50,890 nucleotides of DNA from Clostridia bacterium (GTDB taxonomy: Bacteria; Bacillota; Clostridia; Oscillospirales; CAG-272), in the NCBI GenBank assembly GCA_017463445.1, contig JAFTPF010000137.1, positions 1 through 50,890 of the forward strand. Direction: 5' to 3'. Position numbers and translations under genes: made by a program. How positions within the stretch are numbered: the first letter of the stretch is position 1; each line of letters begins with the position of its first letter. The notes beneath the pieces are model-generated. The model worked only from the letters and a program-made list of their open reading frames with translations. It searched no databases and was not told the DNA's origin. Of this stretch, positions 8,588-15,529 are shown in pieces.

Positions 8588-9745
8588 TCACTCCAGACTC
8601 AGAATATACTGCATAGCGATTCTGCCGGAGAAGCCTGAGTGGCGGACGCTGAAGGTGCGGGCACCGTCCAACAGCTCCTTCCGATCCATTTCGATACCGT
8701 GGAGGCGGGCGAGATGGAGTACCATTTCGAAGTATTCGTCCTGGGCGGGCTTGCCGAAGCGGACCTGCAGACCAAAGCGGTCGGAGAGCGAGATCTTCTC
8801 CTGGATGGACTCATCCCGATGGATATCGCCGCCGCCCTCGCGGTCGTTGAAGGTCTCCTTGATCAGGTGACGGCGGTTGGAGGTGGCAAAGATCAGCATA
8901 TTGGCAGGGCGCTCCTCCAGTCCGCCCTCGATGGCGGCCTTCAGGTACTTGTACTCGATCTCGAAGTCCTCGAAGGAGAGGTCGTCCATGTAGATAGCGA
9001 AGTTGTAATTTCTGCGGCGGATAGTATCGATGACCTTTGACAGATGAACGAACTGGTACTTTTGCACCTGAATCATGCGGAGACCGTCGGGATAATAGCG
9101 GTTGAGAAGCGCTTTGATGCAGGTGGATTTGCCGGTACCGGCGTCGCCGTAGAGAAGCATATTGTTGGCTCCCCGCCCTTCCAGAAAGGCGACGGTGTTG
9201 GAGATCACCTGCTCCTTTTGCAGGTCGTAGCCCCACAGGTCGTCAAATGTGACCTTACGGAAGTGGGAAACGGGCGTGATCTCGCCTACTTCAGTGAGAT
9301 AGAAGGCGCGGTGGAGTCCGAACTCGCCCACGCCGTAGCGGGCGTAGTAGGTGAGGACGGTTTCGAAGAAGCCCTCCTTCCCTGCCGAGCGCAGGTCGTC
9401 GGCAAGTGCGGCGGCTATGGCACCCACCTGGCTGTCGGCATCCTCGGCGGTGTCCATAGGAATAAAGTCAAGGCCATAGGGGGCTGAAAGATCGAAGAAG
9501 AGGTCAGCGAGAGAGGCAAGATCGGCTCTCGCGAATACGGCAAGGCTGCCGACGGTGTCGGCGGTCACGGTCGTCCGCTCACAGGCGAGGGAGAAGGGGT
9601 TCTCGTCGAAAAGCAGGAGCCACGCAATCGTAGACTGGCGGACGGGTCCCGCCATCCGATAGCGTTGGCAGAGCGCCAGCAGATCGCTGAGGCGATCCGG
9701 GGAGGTAAGATAGGTATATTCGGGATTCTTTCCGTAGAGGATCAT
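8588..9745 (-). CDS. DUF815-type AAA+ ATPase
   Basis: Walker A GDAGTGKS, YMDDLSFE, FATSNRRHLIKE, EKISLSDRFG. Confidence 0.88.
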   Translation of the reverse strand: MILYGKNPEYTYLTSPDRLSDLLALCQRYRMAGPVRQSTIAWLLLFDENPFSLACERTTVTADTVGSLAVFARADLASLADLFFDLSAPYGLDFIPMDTAEDADSQVGAIAAALADDLRSAGKEGFFETVLTYYARYGVGEFGLHRAFYLTEVGEITPVSHFRKVTFDDLWGYDLQKEQVISNTVAFLEGRGANNMLLYGDAGTGKSTCIKALLNRYYPDGLRMIQVQKYQFVHLSKVIDTIRRRNYNFAIYMDDLSFEDFEIEYKYLKAAIEGGLEERPANMLIFATSNRRHLIKETFNDREGGGDIHRDESIQEKISLSDRFGLQVRFGKPAQDEYFEMVLHLARLHGIEMDRKELLDGARTFSVRHSGFSGRIAMQYILSLE

Positions 9746-9788
9746 GGGGCTTTCCTTTCGGTTTTATGAGAAATACCGCCCGCAGGGG

Positions 9789-9817
9789 TTGACAAACAGG
9801 GGACGGTGATGTATAAT
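9789..9817 (+). promoter_or_regulatory. Consensus sigmaA promoter of the antitoxin RNA
   Basis: TTGACA-17 bp-TATAAT with no convincing protein-coding gene downstream. Confidence 0.8.
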
Positions 9818-9823
9818 GTAGTT

Positions 9824-9912
9824 ACAGGGAGCGCACCGGCGACGGTCTGCTTCCAAGACTTGACGAAATAAACCGCTAAGTTTGGGAGACTATGGGCGGT
9901 TTATTTCTTTTT
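9824..9912 (+). ncRNA. Putative type I antitoxin sRNA (about 90 nt), antisense to the toxin 3' end
   Basis: Consensus promoter upstream; terminator hairpin GAAATAAACCGC...GCGGTTTATTTC plus TTTTT at 9865-9912, overlapping the toxin stop codon; start position is approximate. Confidence 0.7.
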
Positions 9913-10002
9913 GTTGTTACGGTTGGTGATCGAGACGATCAGATCAATCAGAGCCAGTACGAAAGCCCCGAGCAGCATCAGCTGTTCGAAGGTTATGTAC
10001 AT
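9901..10002 (-). CDS. Type I toxin-like hydrophobic peptide, 33 aa (MYITFEQLMLLGAFVLALIDLIVSITNRNNKKK)
   Basis: GGAGGTGAT RBS, single TM helix with Lys tail, own consensus promoter; below the ORF-track size cutoff. Confidence 0.8.
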   Translation of the reverse strand: MYITFEQLMLLGAFVLALIDLIVSITNRNNKKK

Positions 10003-10105
10003 AGGCATCACCTCCCTCGAATCTCGAAGGAGTTTCAAAATGACGCTCCTTGGCAAAGATCACGAAGAAAGCATACCGCCACCGTTTGGGTGCGCTCCGT
10101 GGGGT

Positions 10106-10134
10106 ATTATAGCACAGAATCTCCCCCTTGTCAA
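10106..10134 (-). promoter_or_regulatory. sigmaA promoter of the toxin mRNA
   Basis: Minus strand reads TTGACA-17 bp-TATAAT with a TG extended -10. Confidence 0.8.
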
Positions 10135-10144
10135 GAAAATTCAC

Positions 10145-10182
10145 AAAATTCCCTTGTCAAGGGGATTTTTCTGTGCTATAAT
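10145..10182 (+). promoter_or_regulatory. Promoter of the metal regulator/suf operon with an overlapping 25-bp palindrome
   Basis: TTGTCA-17 bp-TATAAT; palindrome AAAATTCCCTTG-T-CAAGGGGATTTT at 10145-10169. Confidence 0.6.
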
Positions 10183-10240
10183 ATAAAGAATGATAGTGCA
10201 AACTATCGCCGAAATCACATCTCAAGGAGTGTCTAACCGT

Positions 10241-10621
10241 ATGAAGCTGTATGAATCCGGCGAAGATTATCTTGAAGCCATCCTGCGCCTTTCCCGAACC
10301 GGGGTCTCCGTGCGGAGCGTGGACGTTGCCGCGGAGCTGGGCTTCTCGAAACCCAGTGTCAGCGTTGCCATGAAACATCTTCGTGCGGGTGGACTGGTAG
10401 TCACCGAAGCAGACGGCAGTCTGAAGCTGACGCCCGAGGGGCTTGCCATCGCCGAGCGGGTCTGGGAACGCCACAGCGTCCTCACTTCCCTCTTTGCCCG
10501 TCTGGGCGTATCCCCCGAGGTGGCAAGAGCCGACGCCTGCAAGATCGAGCACGATCTATCCGAAGAGACTTTTGAAAAGATCAAGGCTTTCGTTGCCACC
10601 ATGGAACAGGCGACAGACTAA
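10241..10621 (+). CDS. DtxR/MntR family metal-dependent transcriptional regulator
   Basis: SGEDYLEAI, VRSVDVA..LGFSKPSVS, DACKIEHDLS; AAGGAG RBS. Confidence 0.92.
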   Translation: MKLYESGEDYLEAILRLSRTGVSVRSVDVAAELGFSKPSVSVAMKHLRAGGLVVTEADGSLKLTPEGLAIAERVWERHSVLTSLFARLGVSPEVARADACKIEHDLSEETFEKIKAFVATMEQATD

Positions 10622-10662
10622 CCGCCCCGCTAAAATCATTGAATAACAAAAGGATATAGAGT

Positions 10663-11394
10663 ATGCTGGAATTCCAAAATGTTTCCTTCGCCGCAGGAGA
10701 TGCCGAGATCCTGCGGAACGTGAGCTTTTCGGTGGACGAGCGGTTCGTTGCGATCACGGGACCCAACGGAAGCGGTAAGTCTACCATTGCCAAGCTGATC
10801 GCAGGTATTTACACCCCCACGTCGGGCAGGATCCTGCTGGACGGCGTGGACATCACCGAGCTTTCTATCACCGAACGCGCGCGGATGGGCGTCTCCTTTG
10901 CCTTCCAACAGCCGGTTCGCTTCAAGGGACTGACCGTCAAGGATCTGATCTCCCTGGCGGCAGGCACCGAGAACGGCAAGAAGATCTCCGCCGCCGCTGC
11001 CTGCGCCTACCTCTCCGAGGTGGGGCTTTGCGCCCGCGAGTACATCGACCGCGAGGTGAACGCTTCCCTGTCAGGCGGCGAGCTCAAACGCATCGAGATC
11101 GCCATGACCATGGCGAGAGGCAGTAAGTTGACCGTATTTGACGAGCCCGAGGCAGGCATCGACCTGTGGTCCTTCAACAACTTGATTGACGTCTTCCGCA
11201 AAATGTACGAGAAGACCAAGGGTAGTATCATCATCATCTCCCACCAGGAGCGCATTCTCGACATCGCCGACAAGATCATCGTGGTCTCGGGCGGCGAGAT
11301 CGCCGCGATAGGTGAGAAGAGCGAGATCCTCCCCGAACTACTGAAGGGTAGCGGCGGTTGCCGCTTCACCGCACCCCGAAAGGAGGAGGCATAA
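10663..11394 (+). CDS. sufC: SufC-like ABC ATPase (Fe-S assembly)
   Basis: Walker A GPNGSGKS, signature LSGGELKRIEIA, DEPEAGIDLWS; next to a SufB/D gene. Confidence 0.8.
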   Translation: MLEFQNVSFAAGDAEILRNVSFSVDERFVAITGPNGSGKSTIAKLIAGIYTPTSGRILLDGVDITELSITERARMGVSFAFQQPVRFKGLTVKDLISLAAGTENGKKISAAAACAYLSEVGLCAREYIDREVNASLSGGELKRIEIAMTMARGSKLTVFDEPEAGIDLWSFNNLIDVFRKMYEKTKGSIIIISHQERILDIADKIIVVSGGEIAAIGEKSEILPELLKGSGGCRFTAPRKEEA

Positions 11395-11395
11395 T

Positions 11396-12319
11396 ATGGC
11401 ACTGGATCCTATTCAGCTGGAGCTGCTCCGGCAGGTCGCCGATCTGCACGAGGTGCCTCAGGGTGCGTACAGTCTGCGCATCAACGGCGCCCTCCACGGC
11501 AAAAATTCCTCGGAAAACATCACCATTGAGAAAAAAAACGACAAGCCCGGTATTGACATCTACATCAAAGCAGGCACCAAAAAAGAGAGCGTGCACATCC
11601 CCGTACTCCTCTCCCAAAGCGGTCTCTCCGAGCTGGTCTACAACGACTTTCACATCGGTGAGGGTGCCGATGTGACCATCGTTGCCGGCTGCGGCATCCA
11701 CAACGGCGGCAGTGAGAAGTCCGAACATAGCGGCATTCACGCCTTCTACCTTGCCAAGGATGCGAAGGTGAAGTATATCGAGAAGCACTACGGCTCGGGC
11801 GACGGCTCGGGCGAGCGGATCATGAATCCCACCACCGAAGTCTACCTGTCCGAGGGTGCGTACATGGAGATGGAAACCGCCCAGATCAAGGGCGTGGACT
11901 CCACCGACCGCATCACCAAAGCCGAGCTTGCCGCTCACGCTACGCTGGTGATCCACGAGAAGCTGATGACCCACGGCAAGCAGTTCGCCAAGACCACCTT
12001 CGAGGTCGCCCTCAATGGCGAAGGCAGCGGCACCCACGTTGTCTCCCGCGCGGTGGCAAAGGACGACAGCCGTCAGGTGTTCCTCTCCAAGATCCACGGC
12101 AACAACCGTTGCTCCGGTCACACCGAGTGCGATGCTATCCTGATGGACAATGCCGTGATCTCCGCTATCCCCGAGATCTCCGCCTCCCATGTGGATGCGG
12201 CTCTCATCCACGAAGCCGCCATCGGTAAGATCGCCGGTGAGCAGCTGATGAAGCTGATGACCCTGGGACTGACCGAACAGGAAGCCGAAGAACAGATCAT
12301 CAACGGATTTTTAAAGTAA
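11396..12319 (+). CDS. sufB: SufB/SufD family Fe-S assembly scaffold
   Basis: GHTECDAI, HEAAIGKIAGEQLMKLMTLGL and terminal IINGFLK. Confidence 0.8.
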   Translation: MALDPIQLELLRQVADLHEVPQGAYSLRINGALHGKNSSENITIEKKNDKPGIDIYIKAGTKKESVHIPVLLSQSGLSELVYNDFHIGEGADVTIVAGCGIHNGGSEKSEHSGIHAFYLAKDAKVKYIEKHYGSGDGSGERIMNPTTEVYLSEGAYMEMETAQIKGVDSTDRITKAELAAHATLVIHEKLMTHGKQFAKTTFEVALNGEGSGTHVVSRAVAKDDSRQVFLSKIHGNNRCSGHTECDAILMDNAVISAIPEISASHVDAALIHEAAIGKIAGEQLMKLMTLGLTEQEAEEQIINGFLK

Positions 12320-12322
12320 GCA

Positions 12323-12535
12323 GGGACGCTGTCCCTTGGAACCCCTGAAGGAATCTTCTTGAAAGAAGATTGTTCCCTGTAGTACGCCTTTCTGGCGTAC
12401 TACAGCAATTCGGCAATGCCGAATTGCATTTCACTCTCCAAGAACTTTCATAAAAGCGACAAATACTTGCCACCTACATAAACAAACGCGCTCCGAATGA
12501 AGGATTTCGATATCCAACATTCGGAGCGTTTTTTC
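12323..12535 (+). repeat. REP-like multi-hairpin repeat, copy 4
   Basis: AATCTTCT-TGAA-AGAAGATT, CAAGAACTTTCATAAAAG, CAAATACTTGCC and CGCTCCGAATG..CATTCGGAGCG; resembles the reverse complement of 8456-8586. Confidence 0.75.
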
Positions 12536-12544
12536 ATTTGGTAT

Positions 12545-13735
12545 TCAGATCTTCTCCGTACGGAAAGCGAGTCCTGCCTCATGGACGGGAATCGCGCGCA
12601 GAAGCTTGCTCAGACAGTACATCAGCGCGTCCTCGTCGTCAAAGGCGGCAAGCACCAGCAGTTGGGTGAGACTGTAGCGGGTGTATACATCCCCCGGGGA
12701 GAGGTTTTCCTGCAGGCTCTCCTCCAACACAGCAAGAGTTCGATCCAGCACTTTGGGCACAGGGATCTCTCCGCTGCGATCAGGGTTGACCACGGTCAGC
12801 AGAATCAGATAGCGGCGGCTGTCGGTGCCGCACGCTCCCGTGCCGCTGTATTGCTGGTAGAGCAGTCTGAACGTATCGTATTCACAGCGGATAGCGCGAA
12901 AAGCGCGGTCAACGTCCAGCTTTTCCCGCACAAGAGTGAGGTCGGGTTCAATGCCGTTATCCACGCGGCAGAGATTGCGATACAAATTCCGCAGACGGTC
13001 GGAGGGCGTTTGACGGTAGATCTGATAGAACCGATCCATCGCTCTGTCGTAGGCAGAAAGGGCTTCCCTGTCCTCTCCTTTGGCGATCAGCGCGCTGACC
13101 TCGTTGTAGTAGAAGCTCTCTTGCCGAGGATCGATCTCCATAGCGTGTCGGGACAGGAAGACGATCTGATCGTACCGCTCTTCTCCCGCCAGGATCTGGA
13201 CTGCCGCGTTGTAGCAGTAAAGATACATCGCCTCATAACGGTCTGCTGCCTCCCGCGCCCACGGCTCGTCCGCATACTTTCCGCCGAGATAGCGCCCCTT
13301 GTACAGCGCCATGGCGCGGAGCGCGGCGTTGAGCTTTTCCTCCGGCAGATCGGTCGTTTTGGTGCGTTCCGCCATCTCCAGAAAATCGTCGGTGTCGATC
13401 TTCACGGGCAGGCGCGGATTCCAGAAATAACTTCCATCCCGCCGAAGGATCACTCGGCGACTCTCCTCAAAATCCAGCAGATCCAGCGCATTGCGCGCAC
13501 GGCAAAGCAGGGTCTTCAGAGAGGGTGCCCGATCTTCCTGTCCGCCGGGCTCCTGCCACAGCAAGGTCAACAGCTCCTCTCGGGAAATGCGGCGGTGTCG
13601 GTTATGTACGATGTATTCCAGCAGCTTCCATAGCTTTTTGGAGCGATTGTCCGACTCCGAAATAATATTGTCGCCCTGTCGGATGGAAAATTCTCCAAAG
13701 GTTTTGATGATAAGGGGTTCGGTCTCACTGAGCAT
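12545..13735 (-). CDS. SARP/BTAD-domain transcriptional regulator
   Basis: N-terminal IKTFGEFSI..KLWKLLEY..LLWQE winged helix; BTAD-like segment LYKGRYL...EIDPRQE. Confidence 0.8.
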   Translation of the reverse strand: MLSETEPLIIKTFGEFSIRQGDNIISESDNRSKKLWKLLEYIVHNRHRRISREELLTLLWQEPGGQEDRAPSLKTLLCRARNALDLLDFEESRRVILRRDGSYFWNPRLPVKIDTDDFLEMAERTKTTDLPEEKLNAALRAMALYKGRYLGGKYADEPWAREAADRYEAMYLYCYNAAVQILAGEERYDQIVFLSRHAMEIDPRQESFYYNEVSALIAKGEDREALSAYDRAMDRFYQIYRQTPSDRLRNLYRNLCRVDNGIEPDLTLVREKLDVDRAFRAIRCEYDTFRLLYQQYSGTGACGTDSRRYLILLTVVNPDRSGEIPVPKVLDRTLAVLEESLQENLSPGDVYTRYSLTQLLVLAAFDDEDALMYCLSKLLRAIPVHEAGLAFRTEKI

Positions 13736-13764
13736 GGTAAGGACTCCTATGGTGTGCCGTTTGG

Positions 13765-14604
13765 TTACACATGGATAAACTTCAAGACGATCACCGCGCC
13801 TGATGCCAAAACAGCGATCACCGCAAAGGTGACGATGAGAGTATTCAGCATCTCACCGCGGGCGGGATCGGTCTGATCAGACTCGCCCGGATCGGGGGCA
13901 TCGGTCCCGGCAGGATCGGTATTGTCCGTGTCGCCGCCGAGGATATTCCCCGAGGAGGAGGGAGACTGCGGTCCGGTGGTCCCAATCACGGCAGGAGGAG
14001 TACCGACCGGATAGGTGGTCACTGCCGTGGTGGTGGAGGCATCGGTAGACAGCGGGTCCGCGGGAGCGGATTGAAGTGCGCCGGTGAGGGTGATGGGCAT
14101 GGTGGAATAGGTAGGCGGGTCGGTGACTACCGGCGCTTTGGTGGTAGTAATCTTGGTGGTGGTGACCTGAGGCGTGGTGATGATCGGCACGATAGTGGTA
14201 GCAGGAAGCCAGGAGGAAAGATCGCCGGAGCCCTCCACGGGAGTGGAACCCGACAGATTGGGGGCGTATGAGCTGCCGTCCACTACACCCGACGAGCTGT
14301 CGGGGAGGGCGGTGGTGTCCGAGGGGGTGGGCATAGAGCCGTCGGGATCGGCGGTGGTTTCGGTGGGGAGATCGGTGACGGTGCCGTCCTCGGGGACAGT
14401 GGGCTCGGCGGAGGTCTCTCCTACCGTTTCGGCAACCGACTCGGCTTCGGCAGTGGTTGTAGCTTCCGCCTGGGTCATGTCGGCGGCAAGGGGTGGCTCC
14501 TCGGCATCTGCCAGCGCCAGCAGTCCGCTGCAGGCGACCAGCAGTAGCAGGACGGCAAGCAAGGTCAGCGTCAGCCGCAGGGTCAGATCGGATCGTGTAT
14601 TCAT
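13765..14604 (-). CDS. Secreted, membrane-anchored Thr/Pro/Ser-rich low-complexity protein
   Basis: N-terminal signal peptide, low-complexity T/P/S/D body, C-terminal TM helix; GGAG RBS before ATG 14604. Confidence 0.65.
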   Translation of the reverse strand: MNTRSDLTLRLTLTLLAVLLLLVACSGLLALADAEEPPLAADMTQAEATTTAEAESVAETVGETSAEPTVPEDGTVTDLPTETTADPDGSMPTPSDTTALPDSSSGVVDGSSYAPNLSGSTPVEGSGDLSSWLPATTIVPIITTPQVTTTKITTTKAPVVTDPPTYSTMPITLTGALQSAPADPLSTDASTTTAVTTYPVGTPPAVIGTTGPQSPSSSGNILGGDTDNTDPAGTDAPDPGESDQTDPARGEMLNTLIVTFAVIAVLASGAVIVLKFIHV

Positions 14605-14842
14605 AAATACTCCGTAATATATAGAAGTTGCGGGCGGGGTAGGTGATCGGTAACAAAATCCGCTCCGTGGCATCATTATAACACGAAAATGTGAAATTTT
14701 CATTGCCATTTTTTCAAAAAAAGCGATTTCCCCGTTTTCCACAAAAATATTTGCAAATTTCGTGCAATTTGTACTATTGATTTTGCCGCCGCTCTGTGGT
14801 ATCCTAAGAGCAGTTTGATAAAATATCAAGGAGGGCTTGATC

Positions 14843-15424
14843 GTGAGCAAAATTACCTGGAAGGGCGGTGCGCTGTTGGCGCCTGTTCCTGCGGTGATGG
14901 TGTCCTGCGGAAGCATGGAGGCACCCAATATCGTGACGGTGGCGTGGACCGGCATCACCTGCACCCAGCCACCAAAGACCTACATTTCTCTCCGAAAGAG
15001 CCGTCATTCCTACGGGCTGATCAAGGAGAGCGGCTGCTTTGTGATCAATCTGACCACCGAGGCGCTGGTGCGCGCCACCGATTTCTGCGGCGTGCGCTCG
15101 GGTCGGGATGTGAACAAGTTCGAGGTTTGCCATCTGACCCCCGAGGCGGCGGAGCATATCCCCTGCCCTGCCATCGCCGAGTCGCCGCTGTCCATCGAGT
15201 GCAGAGTCACAGATATGATCGAGTTGGGCTCCCACGATATGTTCCTTGCCGACATCGTGGGCGTTTCGGTAGACGAGACTCTGCTGGATGCAAACGGCCG
15301 TCTGGCGCTGGAAAAGGCGGGGCTTGCCGCCTACTGCCACGGCGAGTATTACGCGCTGGGCAAGAGACTTGGCAAGTTCGGCTACTCTGTGGAAAAGAAA
15401 AAGAAGAAAAAGAAGAACAAATGA
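14843..15424 (+). CDS. Flavin reductase family protein (flavoredoxin-like)
   Basis: PVPAVMVSCG, NIVTVAWTG, DFCGVRSGRDVNKF, LGSHDMFLA; GTG start after AGGAGG. Confidence 0.9.
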   Translation: MSKITWKGGALLAPVPAVMVSCGSMEAPNIVTVAWTGITCTQPPKTYISLRKSRHSYGLIKESGCFVINLTTEALVRATDFCGVRSGRDVNKFEVCHLTPEAAEHIPCPAIAESPLSIECRVTDMIELGSHDMFLADIVGVSVDETLLDANGRLALEKAGLAAYCHGEYYALGKRLGKFGYSVEKKKKKKKNK

Positions 15425-15469
15425 ATGCGAGACGACCTCTCGCGCTCTGCAAACTTCAAAGACTCCTGT

Positions 15470-15504
15470 AAAAAGCTCCCGACGAATCTCGTCGGGAGCT
15501 TTTT
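15470..15504. terminator. Bidirectional terminator
   Basis: AAAAAGCTCCCGACGA-ATC-TCGTCGGGAGCTTTTT between convergent genes. Confidence 0.8.
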
Positions 15505-15529
15505 CGTTGATCGTGTCAGATACGGCGCA

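Noticed and set aside
9892-10236. ORF-track entries 9892..10236, 9911..10186 and 9944..10144
   Set aside because: They run across promoters and terminators; the 33-aa toxin ORF and its antisense RNA explain the region better.
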